64,000 nucleotides of DNA from Octopus sinensis (taxonomy: Eukaryota). The notes beneath the pieces are model-generated. The model was not told where the DNA came from and made no database searches. It worked only from the letters and a program-made list of their open reading frames with translations. The translations under genes were made by a program, and so were the position numbers. The DNA is taken from NCBI RefSeq assembly GCF_006345805.1, contig NC_043014.1, positions 8,990,001-9,054,000 of the forward strand, given 5' to 3'. Of the stretch, positions 39,842 to 53,947 are shown in pieces. Numbering within the stretch: position 1 is the first letter of the stretch; every line of letters starts with the position of its first letter.

Positions 39842-39873
<32 letters not shown>

Positions 39874-40523
39874 GTGTGTATGTGCGTGTGTGCTTGTGTG
39901 TGTGTGCGTGTGCGTGTGTGTGTATGTGCGTGTGTGCTTGTGTGTGTGTGTGTGCGTGTGTGCTTGTGTATGTGCGTGTGTGCTTGTGTGTGTGTGTGTG
40001 CGTGTGTGTGTATGTGCGTGTGTGCTTGTGTGTGTGTGTGTGTGCGTGTGTGTGTATGTGCGTGTGTGCTTCTGTGTGTGTGTGCGTGTGTGTGTATGTG
40101 CGTGTGTGCTTGTGTGTGTGTGTGTGCGTGTGTGTGTATGTGCGTGTGTGCTTGTGTGTGTGTGTGTGCGTGTGTGTGTATGTGCGTGTGTGCTTGTGTG
40201 TGTGTGTGTGCGTGTGTGTGTATGTGCGTGTGTGCTTGTGTGTGTGTGTGTGCGTGTGTGTGTATGTGCGTGTGTGCTTGTGTGTGTGTATGTGTGTGTG
40301 TGCTTGTGTATGTGCTTGTGTGTGTGTGTGCTTGTGCGTGTGTGCTTTGTGTGTGTGTATATGCTAGTGTGTGTGTGTGTATGTGTATGCATGTGTGTAT
40401 GCATGTGTGCATGCGTGTGTGTGTGCTTGTGTGTGCGCATGTGTGTGTGCATGTGTAACGAGCGTGCATGTGCGCGCACACACATGTGTTTATGTGTGTG
40501 TGTATATGTTTGTGTGCGTGTGT
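39832..40523. repeat. (TG)n with ~28-bp higher-order unit GTGTGTATGTGCGTGTGTGCTTGTGTGT
   Basis: Direct reading. Confidence 0.95.
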
Positions 40524-40525
40524 AC

Positions 40526-41000
40526 CTCCTGATCCAGTTAGCCGTGACGGACCGTCAGCGACTAAACAGCTGCGCCCAGTCGTCTCAGTCCGTTGTAGAG
40601 AAACTGTAGATCTTGTGCTGTCAGTCCCATATTTACCTCCCGATGTCCCAGACTGGAACCAAGCTGAACAACAGTAATGTTGAATTTATATGATTTTTCA
40701 CTGGGATCGAACGCTTGACGAATATTAAGGTCAAGTTATTCTTGTGGTAAAGACCTCGATCCGGAAGATTATCATGCCCAGGCTGCAGCTTCATTGCCGA
40801 GTGATCCCCTCCCCCCCGACACAGAAATAAAGAACGATACCAAATAACCATTAGCAACCGATGGTATATAAGCAGTCTTAAAGAGTACAGAACTGGATCT
40901 TGGCGATAAATGATATTTTAGATGTGATAAACTGTTTTTTGAACGTCTCCATTCTTTGATCTGGAACGACACAACCGCGGATATTCCATTACACATAGCA
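40526..41000 (-). mobile_element. Possible highly decayed LINE endonuclease (APE) fragment
   Basis: Minus-frame pieces WNIRGCVVPDQR and KFNITVVQLGS..NG.RRL loosely recall APE WNxRG and GDFNA..NG motifs; broken by stops. Confidence 0.3.
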
Positions 41001-41182
41001 ACGTCTTAGAGGTTGCTTGTAACGAGGACTAAGAAAAGCAGGTAGCGGAAATACGTGTTGCTAGGATACACATGCATGTTGTCTTGAACTGGTGATTGAG
41101 GAAACAGCAGGGGTTGCCAGTAAATTAACCAGACTGGGGTTAAAGCTTTTATGAAGGCACTCCCCCAAAATTGATGAAGCAA

Positions 41183-41219
<37 letters not shown>

Positions 41220-41373
41220 CACGTGATCACGTGAACGACCAGACCATCAGTTGTTGCTACACATCGCTGGTCACAATGCGTTCGCATTGTTTTAGCCTTC
41301 GAATGACGCCACCCCGCTGGCTAAGCGAGCAGGCCAATATATGTATATATGTATACATATATATGTATATATG

Positions 41374-41406
<33 letters not shown>

Positions 41407-41615
41407 TTGTGTGTCCGTGTTTGTCGCCCCACCATCGCTTGACAACCGATGCTGCTGTGTTTACGTCTCCGTAACTTAGCGGTTCGGCAAAAGGAGCCGG
41501 ATAGAATAAACACTAGGCTTAATACAAAGGATAAGTCCTGGGGGTCGATTTGCTCGACTAAAAGACCGTACTCCAGCATGGTCACTGTCAAATGACTGAA
41601 ACAAGTAAAAGAATA
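41220..41615. mobile_element. SINE C1 tail (minus, 41220-41337) abutting SINE A 3' half (plus, 41340-41615)
   Basis: Blocks match both families. Confidence 0.8.
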
Positions 41616-41959
41616 AAAGAAAGAGAACTATGCCAGTGTGCTACTCACTAGTAGAAAAATACAAAGACAAAAAATTTGCTTGTTAGCAATTTTAATGGAG
41701 AAAAGAAGATGGGAAACTGAGAAAAGAGTGGAGTTAAGAAGACTCGCGAAGCAATTAACAAATTTCTCGTCTTCTGAACGATGGCTGTTTCAGTTATTTG
41801 GTGAGTAATTCCAATTTGATTTTAAATAGGCGATAATGGTACTTAAAAATGTTTCAAAGCAGTTTAAGTCTTTGATTAAATTTAAAAGTTATTTACAACT
41901 TATAAGTACTTTTCTTTTTAGCAAAGCAATTTTGCTTCTAGAACATTTTACGAGTGTAA

Positions 41960-41999
<40 letters not shown>

Positions 42000-42111
42000 G
42001 GTTTGCGTGTAGAACATACAGTTTGCACAACAGCCGTCCTGAGTCTGATTCTGCCGAGACATACATACGTACATACATACGTACATACATACGTACATAC
42101 ATACGTGTATG

Positions 42112-42174
<63 letters not shown>

Positions 42175-42322
42175 GTAGGTGAATGAATTATCCTATGTTT
42201 ATCGTCAGCATGGTAAATTCGTTTAACCGGAACCTGGGTAGCAAATTCACGTCAGAAAACACGGTTGTAGCGACCTGTCAAGGGTAGAAACTCCGGGTTC
42301 ATGTGTAGAAATTTGTGTGTTG

Positions 42323-42578
42323 TATATGAATAAATGAAAGAATGGAGTCGAACGAAGATGTTAACAAAATTCCTTTACTCTCGACACATGTTTCGAAGAC
42401 AGCATATTTTCATTCCGAAGGAATAAAGGGTGCATTATGCAATCTTCTCATCAGGAAAAGAGAAGATTGCATAATGCACCCTTTATTCCTTCGGAATGAA
42501 AATATACTGTCTTCGAAACATGTGTCGAGAGTAAAGGAATTTTGTTAACATCTTCGTTCGACTCCATTCTTTCATTTA

Positions 42579-42586
<8 letters not shown>
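42323..42586. mobile_element. 264-bp fold-back (127-bp arms, 1 mismatch, 10-nt loop), Penelope pLTR-like
   Basis: Arms at 42323-42449 and 42460-42586; ends in TA-rich sequence. Confidence 0.92.
42378..42459 (-). ncRNA. Type I hammerhead motif with long stem II
   Basis: TTTTC-CTGATGA-GAAGA...TCTTC-GAAA-CATGTGTC-GAGAG on the minus strand. Confidence 0.65.
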
Positions 42587-42660
<74 letters not shown>

Positions 42661-42796
42661 GTATGTATGTATGTAAATATATATGTCCACGTATACACAC
42701 ACACACATACACACATATATACAAGTATACATATATGTAAATATATATGTATTCGTATATATATATGTGTGTGTGTGTATCTATACATATGGACAT

Positions 42797-42898
<102 letters not shown>

Positions 42899-43060
42899 GT
42901 ATGTACTCTTACATAAACATCCACACTCTTTCTCGCTCTATTTATATATATATATATATATTTATATATATGTATGTGCACACACACGCGCACACACACA
43001 CATGCACACACACACGCGCACACACGCGCACACACATACATGCACACACACACACACACT

Positions 43061-43092
<32 letters not shown>

Positions 43093-43492
43093 ACACACAC
43101 ACACACATACACTCATATATGTATAAGGAGCATACACTGCAGGCCATACTATTTTTCAACGATGAATAATTTTCTCTGTAATATATAACTGATTATCAAT
43201 AATTTTCTCTCGATTCATTCTTGTCAAATTTACTTTCATTTCGCATTCCTTCATTTCTTAGCATAAATTGTAAACGATCGATCTTATTTAACAAATGTAA
43301 GTAGGGAAAGCTCCTGTTTGCTTTGCGAGAAACGAAGGAAAAGCTGCAAATTAATAGCCTTTTTGGTCTTTTGAGGAAGGAGCGTCAACAAGAAAGACAA
43401 AACAAACGAGTGAGTGGTCAACAGGGAGAAAGGCGAATTTTTCTGCTTGCTTTCTATCATAGTCAGTAAGAACAATGGTAGACAAGCAGCAA

Positions 43493-44230
43493 GATGGCAG
43501 AAACGTTAGCACGCCGGGCGAAATGCTTATCAGTATTTCGTCTGCCGTTACGTTCTGAGTTCAAATTCCGCCGAGGTCGACTTTGCCTTTCATCCTTTCG
43601 GGGTCGATAAATTAGTACCAGTTACGCACTGGGGTCGATACAATCGACTTAATACCTATGTCTGTCCTTGTTCGTCCCCTCTGTGTTTAGCCCCTTGTGG
43701 GTAGTAAAGAAATAGGTATTTCGTCTGCCCCTACGTTCTGAGTTCAAATTCCGCCGAGGTCGACTTTGGCTTTCATCCTTTCGGGGTCGATAAATTAAGT
43801 ACCAGTTACGCACTGGGGTCGATATAATCGACTTAATCCGTTTGTCTGTCCTTGTTTGTCCCCTCTATGTTTATCCCCTTGTGGGTAGTAAAGAAATAGG
43901 TATTTCGTCTGTCTTTACGTTGTGAGTTCAAATTCCGCCGAGGTCGACTTTGCCTTTCATCCCTTCGGAGTCGATAAATTAAGTACCAGTTACGCACTGG
44001 AGTCGATATAATCGACTTAATCCGTTTTTCTGTCCTTGTTTGTCCTCTCTGTGTTTAGCCCCTTGTGGGTAGTAAAGAAATAGGCCTTTTGTTCGTCTTT
44101 ACGTTCTGAGTTCGAATTCCACAGAGGTCGAATTTATCTTCCATCCTTTCAGGGTCGATTAAATAAGTACCAGTTGGACACTGGGGTCGATGTAATTAAC
44201 TTACCCTACCACCTCCGAAATTACTGGCCT
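43493..44230 (+). mobile_element. SINE family B tetramer (head + three T1 units + one T2-like unit)
   Basis: Unit starts at 43533, 43716, 43900, ~44084 (period 183-184). Confidence 0.93.
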
Positions 44231-45003
44231 TGTGCTAAAATTTGAAACCAACGTATTTGTTTCGTCTAGCGTTGTGCAACTTTTTTATAAGAACTCATTC
44301 GGCAATCGAGCGTTATAACAGTTTCAGATAGTCTAATAATTGCTTCAGCGAAAATGTGTGAACACAAACAATAAAACCGCTGATAAAATTGCAGCAAATA
44401 ACTGACTGATTGATTATATAAGACACTGCTAAAGAAAAAAAAAGACTCTGAAATCCTAATTTCAAACTTACTATATTTCCAACAAATGCATTTTAGACCG
44501 ACTTCTTATAGACAGTTCATTATGGATACTTTGGCTTCTGTTCTACATTTAACTTTCTTGGAACTTCTACATTCGAATGATGCTAAATTTAATTTTAACA
44601 CATGAAAGAAATTCGATCATGTCTTAATTGTTGAAACTATCTCAGCTTTACAACCGCTGTAGACTCTCTATGATGTCCTAATTAAGATCTTCTGGCACAA
44701 TATTAATACCACTTTAGGCTATAGGTCTACTAAATCCGTCGGGACCATTAGCATCGCGAGGACGGCTCAGTGAAAAGTCAAAAAGAGAACTGAAAGCAAA
44801 AGCGAAAGAAGCCTCCCTTTTCTTTGATCGATAAAAACTAATTTATCGAAAGCCTTCAATTAACGTCCTTTACTAGGCTCCTCAGAATCTGTCGGTTAAT
44901 CTCCTTTCATTTTAGCGAGATACTTGTACCGAAACCATTACTTCCAATCTAAGCACGCAAGTATACACACCCTCTTCTCTCCTCCACGCCCCTTCTCTGT
45001 TTC

Positions 45004-45044
<41 letters not shown>

Positions 45045-45080
45045 TAGCTTGTCTATCTATCTATCTATCTATCTTTTTTG

Positions 45081-45324
<244 letters not shown>

Positions 45325-45379
45325 ATTATTTATTTCACACACTTAGTAATACTTGGCTTTGTTAATTCTCCATTCGCAT

Positions 45380-45780
45380 ATGGCGGCAAGCTGGCAGGAA
45401 CGTTTTCACTCCAGAAAAAAATGCTGCTTCCTGACTTGTTCTGAGTTCAAATGCTACCGGGTTTCGCCTTTGCCTTTCATCCTTTCGATGTCGATAAAAT
45501 AGTACCATAGGGCTAGAACTGGGGTCGACGTAATTACTTGCACACTCCCTTACAATTATTCGCCTTGTTCCAAAATTTGAAACCAATATTTACTGTGTTG
45601 TTTCCTGACTTGACGTTCTGAGTTCAAATGCTACCGGGTTTCGCCTTTGCCTTTCATCCTTTCGATGTCGATAAAATAGTACCATAGGGCTAGAACTGGG
45701 GTCGACGTAATTACTTGCACACTCCCTTACAATTATTCGCCTTGTTCCAAAATTTGAAACCAATATTTACTGTGTTGTTT
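45380..45780 (+). mobile_element. Diverged SINE family B with an exact 177-bp-period duplication
   Basis: 45439-45603 identical to 45616-45780 by eye. Confidence 0.85.
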
Positions 45781-46852
45781 AAAGTAGAATCATTAGCTTA
45801 GCGGGAATTATTAGCTTAGCATTTCATCCAATGTTCTCTCCCATTTTCTACCACGGGTGACATTCATGTCATTATTAAGTCGATTTCAGTCGGGATTACA
45901 TTTCTTGATACATTTCTGAGGAATTACCGTTCCCCAGAAATTTAGCACGATGTATGAAGATCCCCACAAAATACAAAGTATGAATCTACCCCCAAAATAT
46001 AAAGTGCCAATGTACTTTATAGCTTGCAAATGTAAGACATCTATGCAACCTAGATATATAAAGAATCCCTTTTAAATTTGGATAAGCTTGTTTGTTGCAG
46101 TAAAACGAATTGTAACATATCGAGTTGATCCCTTCTTCTGAGAAGGCGTAAATAAACTGCAAATGTGTATTATAGCAAGGTACTACAAAACTCTAAAATT
46201 GTAGCCAAGATCACAAGCAGCAGCACCGCTGCCACTACCATCACCATCACCACCTCTACTACCACCACCAACGATACAAGCAGCAGCACCACCACGACCA
46301 CGGCCACGACCACGACCATGACCTCCACCACCACCACCACCCTGAAAGAGATGAAAGATAAAGTCGACCTCGGCGGATTTTGAACTCAGAACTTACGGAC
46401 GGACGAAAATGCCACTAAGCATTTTGTCCGACGTGTTAACGATTCTGTCAGCTCGACGCCTGAGGTGTGAATCATATTAAACTTACCTATGGCTTCAAAG
46501 GAATATATTTGATTAACTTGCCTGAAACAAATTCGATCGACCATTATTGCAAACGGTTTAACAAGAATCCTGAATGCTTCATTGCCATTATATTCCCGGC
46601 AGAATGAAGTTCTGTAGGAATACGGACAAAGAACTACCAGAGTTCAGATTATAGAGTTAAGCTCCAGGATAATCTTCGATACATTCACCAAACCACAATT
46701 CAGTGGTGATTGAAAGGAAATGGAACATTTGTAAATGCAAGAGGACGCCAATAGATTCCGTCTGGAAATTCCAGATAATTAATATTTGGCATATCATATG
46801 CAGAGAATAAGGTAACGTTTCTAATATATGAGATATAACGAACAAAACTCAC

Positions 46853-46904
46853 CCATACGTAAACGTGTAAGAATTTAAATGGAATATTAATTTGACGTGC
46901 ATAC
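46853..46904 (-). other. Candidate 52-nt exon
   Basis: Acceptor TTCTATCTACTTTTCTGTGTTTGCAG, donor GG|GTGAGT; open frame YARQINIPFKFLHVYVW. Confidence 0.3.
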
Positions 46905-47211
46905 CTGCAAACACAGAAAAGTAGATAGAAGTATACGCATGCGCACACATACACACATACACACTCAGAGGCATTCGATGGTATATATGTATACATACGT
47001 AATAATCAGGTATACATGAATACATACAGTTTTATATTAATTTTAATAATTCGTAAGAATTTGCATAAAGTTTCGGTCTATTAACCCAATCGAAAGAATG
47101 TGAAATAGGAATATATATTTACGGGATGATCAATAGAAAATTCCAGAATTCAAAGATTGTGTGTGTGCGTGAGACAGGGCGAGAAGAAGGAGGAGAAGAA
47201 GAAGAAGAAGA

Positions 47212-47250
<39 letters not shown>

Positions 47251-47515
47251 AGGAGGAGTAAGCGCTGATGGTGTTATTAGCAAAGAATCTTACGTTCATA
47301 GATATCAATTTAGAAAAAGAAGGAAAAAAAATCAATACTTAGGTGTGGTTAAGAAACTCGCTTTACAACCACGGGGGTTTCGTGTTCAGTCCCAATATGC
47401 AACAGAGCTTGGCAAGTGACTTCTAGGGCTCCGGGCCGAACGACTTAGGAGAGAATTTGGAAGAGGAAAACTGTGTAGAAACCTTTAGTGTATTATATGT
47501 GTTGTGCATACATAA

Positions 47516-47549
<34 letters not shown>

Positions 47550-47612
47550 GGGCGGCGACTTCTTATCACGCAGCCACTATATATATATATATATTATATA
47601 TATATATATATA

Positions 47613-48014
47613 TACTCTTTACTCTTTTACTCTTTTACTTGTTTCAGTCATGTGACTGTGGCCATGCTGGAGCACCGCCTTTAGTCAAGCAAATCGACTT
47701 TGTAAGCCTAGTACTTATTCTATCGGTTTCTTTTGCCTAACCGCTAAGTTATGGGGACGTAAACGCACCACCATAGGTTGTCAAGTGATGTTGGGGGGAC
47801 AAACACAGAAACACAAACATACACACATACATATATATGTATACATATACATAACGGGCTTATTTCAGTTTCCGTCTACCAAATCCACTCACAAGGCTTG
47901 GGTCGGTCCGAGGCTATAGTAGAAGATACTTGCCCAAGGTGCCACGCAGTGGGACTGAACCCGGAACCATGTGGTTGGTAAGCAAGCTACTTACCATACA
48001 ACCACTCCTACGCC
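47613..48014 (-). mobile_element. SINE family A, full length
   Basis: Matches A consensus. Confidence 0.9.
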
Positions 48015-48022
48015 ACATATAT

Positions 48023-48263
48023 ATATATATATATTTCTTTATTACCCACAAGGGGCTAAACATAGAGGGGACAAACAAGGACAGTCAAAGGGATTAAGTC
48101 GATTACATCAACCCCAGTGCGAAACTGGTACTTTATTTATCGACCCCGAAAGGATAAAAGGCAAAGTCGACCTTGGCGGAATTTGAACTCAGAACGTAAC
48201 GGCAGACGAAATACCCCTAAGTACTTCGCCCGGCGTGCTAACGTTTCTGCCAGCTCGCCGCCT
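48023..48263 (-). mobile_element. SINE family B monomer (tail T1)
   Basis: Head plus one unit ending GTGGGTAATAAAGAAATA. Confidence 0.9.
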
Positions 48264-48997
48264 TATTCTACATACACACACACACACACACACCACACAC
48301 ACACACACATATATATATATAGACGTATATAGATAGATGCGTGTGTAGAAAAGAAGTACCTATAAGCAGAAAGAAGTAGGTCAAGATTCAAACTGTTATA
48401 TATTTCTGGTGTATATTGTCGATTCGAATTAATCCTATCTAATCTTTTATTCCCCCACCTTATGGGAGTTGTCCACTTTTAATTTTACCACGCCCTTTAT
48501 CAATAATTTCAGAATTTTAATTTAATACTCCTATATGTTCCGAAAGAAGGGTCCACCTCTATCCATGCATCTTCCTGATATACCTTTGCCCCCTTTAAAA
48601 ATTCTAAATCCTTTGTGTTTAAATATTTATATTTACGTTGTTTACTTCCCTTATTTACTTCCCAGTAATTTTCATTCATATCTCCGTCCTAACACTGAAA
48701 ATTTAAAGAGTTATTTAAACTTCATAGAATTTATATTCAGAATAGTTTTTCTTATTTTCTAATTCGATCTAATTCTAGCGTTTTTTTAATTCTTCCTTTT
48801 CCCTGCCACCATCTTTTCCTGTTCTCCATAAGGTTTTTATTAATGTTTTAATTTTAACAAGAAAAGATAAAAGTACGCTTTCACGTTTTAATACTGTAAA
48901 TAAACGCATAAAACCACTTCATTTTTTTGTGATCTTTCTCTTTATCTTTGGCACAACTTCATTTAACTCGCATTTTTAATCATTTATATTATTTTAG

Positions 48998-49277
48998 GTG
49001 GAGGCGCAATGGCTCAGTGGTTAGGACAGCGTGTTTATTGTGAGTGTTTATTGAGCGAAAACACCTACAGCTCCACGAGGCCCCGGCAGGGGGGGGGGTG
49101 ACGATCCCTGCTGTACACTTTCTCCACAACTTCCTCTCACTCTGTCTTCTGTTGGCCTGCTCACTCAGCCAGCGAGGTGGCATCATTTGAAGGCTAAAAC
49201 AATGCGAAGCGCATTGTGACCAGCGATGTGTAGCAACATCTGATAACCTGGTCGGTCACCACGGTGATCACGGTGAT
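48998..49277 (+). mobile_element. SINE family C, tail C1, B-box region deleted
   Basis: Head joined directly to GTGAGTGTTTATTGAGCG. Confidence 0.85.
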
Positions 49278-50078
49278 ATTACTTTAGCAAAAATCGTAAT
49301 TATTTGTTATATGCTCGCGGCCAGATGGTTAGATTCTTGCTCTCACAGTCGCAAAATCATTGTTGATATTCCTGAACTGGGAAGCACGGTGTGTTCCTGA
49401 ACAAACCGTTTCGTTTCACGTTGCTCTAGAACAGTCATTTGTAAATGAACAACGCTGCGTCGGGATGACGTCCCGATCAGCGGTAAAGTTGTAATCTGGT
49501 TCACTTATAACCCATGGAAACCGTGTAACCGGCCCTATGGTTCCTAGCACTCAACACCTAATGATCAGATGATTCTTTTATTCTTTTACTTGTTTCTGTC
49601 ATTTGACTGCGGCCATGTTGGAGCACCACCTTGAAGGGGTTTTAGTCGAACACATCGGCCCCAGGACTTATTACTTGTAAGCCTTATTCTATCGGTATTT
49701 TTTGCCGAACCACTAGGTTACGAGGACGTAAACACACCAACACCGGCTGTCAAGCGGTGATGGGCGGGGTGGCAAATACAGTCTTAAAACACACACACAT
49801 ATAGATATATGCACACACACACACACACATACACACACACACACACACATATATATATATGTGTGTGTGTGTGTTTTATTCTCGGAGATTTTTTGGGTGT
49901 CTATTTTTCCAGCGCGTGGAGATACTTAAAGCCAATTCCTTGTTATAATTATGTATATAATTATTAAAATATTCTATACCCATTATAAATAAAGGATTTT
50001 ATTTCCGGGCTGACCCTCCCCTGATAAAATCATCAATGATTTTTACTCTTTATTGTAACACACAAGCGCGCGCGCGCG

Positions 50079-50124
<46 letters not shown>

Positions 50125-50752
50125 TACTACGGGCTTCTTTCAGTTTCAACTAATAAAGCTTTGGTCAGCCCGAGGCTATAGCAGAAGACACTTGACGAAG
50201 GTGCCACGCAGTGGGACTGAACCCGGAGCCATATGGCTGAAGAGCAAATTTTTCACCCCACAGCCACGATGATGATGGTGATATATTTATTTTCTCTTCT
50301 GTTGTTGCTCCACTTTTAATATCATTACATCCAATTTGTGGCGGCGAACTGGCAGAATCGTTAGCACGACGGACGAAATGCTTAGCGGGATTTTGGTTCC
50401 ACAGAGATCGACTTTGCTTTTGATCATTTCGGGGTCGGTAAAATAAGGAGCAGCTGTTGAGCACTGGAGTTAAGGTAACTGACTTATTCCCTTCTCCGAA
50501 ATTGCTGGCCTTGTGCCAAAATTCGAAACCAATACCGTTATACAGTAATCGCTCGCTATACCACAGTTCACCTTCACGCTTTGCCTATCGCGGTTTATTA
50601 TTTAAGCTTGCGTCAATTCCTCCTTTGTGTTGCTTTGCATTTATAATAAAATAAATATATACAAATTATAAACATAATTAAAAATATATAGTACAGTACT
50701 GTTTCTACGGTTCTATATTTCAAATGAGAACCCAGGTTCGAAATTTCCCCAA

Positions 50753-50798
50753 GACACCTGATGAAGGCTGGAGGGTATATCAGCCGAAACGTTGTGTT
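50753..50798 (+). ncRNA. Minimal type I hammerhead motif in a Penelope-like pLTR fragment (~50717-50850)
   Basis: GACAC-CTGATGA-A-GGCTG(10 nt)CAGCC-GAAA-CGTT-GTGTT; palindromic stem III AACGTT; (AATGTAAAT)n tail. Confidence 0.75.
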
Positions 50799-51357
50799 AA
50801 CAACAAACAAGATGAGAACAAATATCCGTCAAATGTAAATAATGTAAATAACGTTTTCTATCTTTTTGCTTAGCACTTTGGTTACTGAGGCAGCACGAAG
50901 ACGCGTAGCTTAGTGGTTAGGAAGTTGCACTCAAGGTTGTAGTTTCGATTCCTGGATGGGTGATGCGCTACTATTTATTTAATAATTATGATTTTTTTTT
51001 TAGCAAAAATGCTTTTCTTTACATTGTCCTAGTCCACCCAGCTGTAAACAAGTTCCACCAATAACTGCGATGTTGGTCCTGCGACGGATAGAAACCGAGT
51101 AACGATGTGACCATGCGATATTTAAGGTTTCTGAGAGACCTTAGTACAAGATATGTACATATATACACAAGGGCACTACATGAGCACCTACATCGTAAAA
51201 TAGAAGTCAAAAATACTTCTATATTTTGTCGGCCAGGTGGACTGGAGCAACATGAAGTAAAGTGTCTTGTTCAAGGAAACAACGCGTCACCGTGAATCGA
51301 ACTCCGGACCTTACGATTGTATGCCGCATACCTTAACTCCGAAGCTACGAGCCTTCC

Positions 51358-52129
51358 CAACACACACACACTACCACACACACATAAACACATACACACA
51401 AATAAACACACGCACAAACACACATGCACAAACACAAACGCTCACACAAACACACACATACACAAACACACAAACACACACACGCACAAACACACACACA
51501 CGCAAACCCACACACACAAACACATACACAAAAACACACACACAGACACAGACACACAAACACAAACACACACGCAAACACATATACACAATCACACACA
51601 CACAAACACACACACACAAACATAAACACACAAACACACTCACACAAACACACACATACACAAACATACAAACACACACACATACACACACACAAACACT
51701 CACACAAACACACACCTACAAACACACACACACAAACACACAAACACACACACACACACACAACCACTCACACACACACAAACACACAACACACACACAC
51801 AACCACACATACACACAACCACAAACACCCACACAGCACAAACACACACACACAAACACACAGACACACACACACAAACACACACACACAAACACACAGA
51901 CACACACACACAAACACACAAACGCACACCACACACACAACAAACACACACACAAACAACACCACACAACCACACACCCACAAACACACAACCACATGCA
52001 CACACATACACACACACAAACACTCACCACAAACACACACCTACAACACACACACACAAAAACACAGACACACACACACCAAACACATACACACACACAC
52101 ACAACCCCACACAACACACACACACACAA

Positions 52130-52160
<31 letters not shown>

Positions 52161-52163
52161 CAC

Positions 52164-52213
<50 letters not shown>

Positions 52214-52214
52214 T
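51358..52214. repeat. (CA)n/CACAAA compound microsatellite
   Basis: Direct reading. Confidence 0.97.
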
Positions 52215-52684
52215 TTAACCTTTTGAAACTTTGTTTACATTCTCCTTGATAATTCTTAATTACTTTATATTTTCTTTGATATCTTCATAACTGGACTCGC
52301 TTTTTCTTTACCATTTAACCTATTAACATTATAACCCGATGAAATGTATAAACGCCAGAACACTACAAAAATATTTTCTCAAACATCGCCATAATAATTT
52401 TGGCCGTAAAAATTTCCGTTAAATTTCTTATCTCTATATTTTCTTATTGATGAAGGTGACACCATTTTCAGAACACACCTACCCTGTCCATTAGATTTCC
52501 ATTCATTAATTTCTTCCGCAACACATTCGTGTTTTTGTTTTTTTTGGGTTTTTTTTCTTTATTTTTCCTCTGATCTTTGCCTTTATTTTATTAGATCTGT
52601 TCATTTTATATGTTCTTTATAGCTCCTGTTCACGGCTATACAAAACTCAAACACTTTTGCATTTAACTACACATATACATACAC

Positions 52685-52685
<1 letters not shown>

Positions 52686-52729
<44 letters not shown>

Positions 52730-52742
52730 CATCCATCCATCC

Positions 52743-52837
<95 letters not shown>

Positions 52838-52846
52838 CATCCATCC

Positions 52847-52906
<60 letters not shown>

Positions 52907-52924
52907 GTCTGTCTGTCTGTTTGT

Positions 52925-52958
<34 letters not shown>

Positions 52959-53038
52959 ACCTACCTACCTACCTACCTACATGCATGCATACATACATAC
53001 ATACATACATACATACATACATACATACATACATACCT
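52686..53038. repeat. Compound tetranucleotide array ATCT/ATCC/GTCT/GCCT/ACCT/ACAT
   Basis: Direct reading. Confidence 0.97.
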
Positions 53039-53437
53039 ATGAAATACAAAAATGGGACAAGAGCGCAAAACATCCAGAAAGACGATACAAAGAAAACAAG
53101 TACGGGTCATTCGGAGTTTTCTTTCCTAAGTCGAGTTCCAGATTATCTTTGCAATTTCGGCTGGTTATACTCGCATGGTGTTCATAAATTACGGTTGCAA
53201 TTTGAAAAATTCAGAAAAATGTAAAACAAAGAAAATTGCAGCAAAGCTCCGTGATGGTGGCGTCAGACGTAGCATCGCATAACTTGTTTGAATTTTTATT
53301 CTCTCACACACAAAGACATAGACGCACACACACCTTCTCTTCTCTCTCTCTCTCACAAACACACACACACATATATGTATATGAGTATATATATATATAT
53401 CAAGAGGATGTGTTAAAATATTATTCCAAAGCCTTAC

Positions 53438-53580
53438 CAACAATCCAGTAACACTACTCCAGATATACAAAAAACAGCCATGCCAGCAATCCAACATACC
53501 TCCATCATCAGCTGCCTCTCGGGTATCATTATGGTTTCGACACCTGGGTAGTACCATTCAATCCGGTGGTGTCAGCAGCA
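53438..53580 (-). other. Candidate exon with hydrophobic N-terminal peptide
   Basis: Acceptor TTATTTTAG, ATG at 53529, MIPERQLMMEVCWIAGMAVFCISGVVLLDC, donor TG|GTAAGG. Confidence 0.25.
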
Positions 53581-53947
53581 CTAAAATAAGTGTTATTTGG
53601 GGACAACCAAACCAAAGAAACCACAACTTACTAATACATTTATCCTATGTACAACCGTAACGGTAAATAAATTCAATTAGTGAATTACAACCAATTCTTA
53701 AATACGTAACTAAACAGCAACAGATCTATCAAGTCATTCAAAAATTATAATCACTTCCGTCTTCCGTAGTATAATAAAAAAGCTTCATAACCACATTTCT
53801 TTCAACCAATCAATTTACAGCCAAGATTAAACACAAACTTTAATAAAACTACAAGAAAGAAACATATAAACCAACGAACAATAGTAAAATGCAATAACTA
53901 AATTATACGCTAAATCGCGTCCATATATGTGTGTCTATGTGTGTGAG

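Noticed and set aside
40526-40663. 138-nt symmetric exon candidate on the minus strand
   Set aside because: Weak donor (GTACAC running into a CA repeat); the neighbouring sequence looks more like decayed LINE coding DNA
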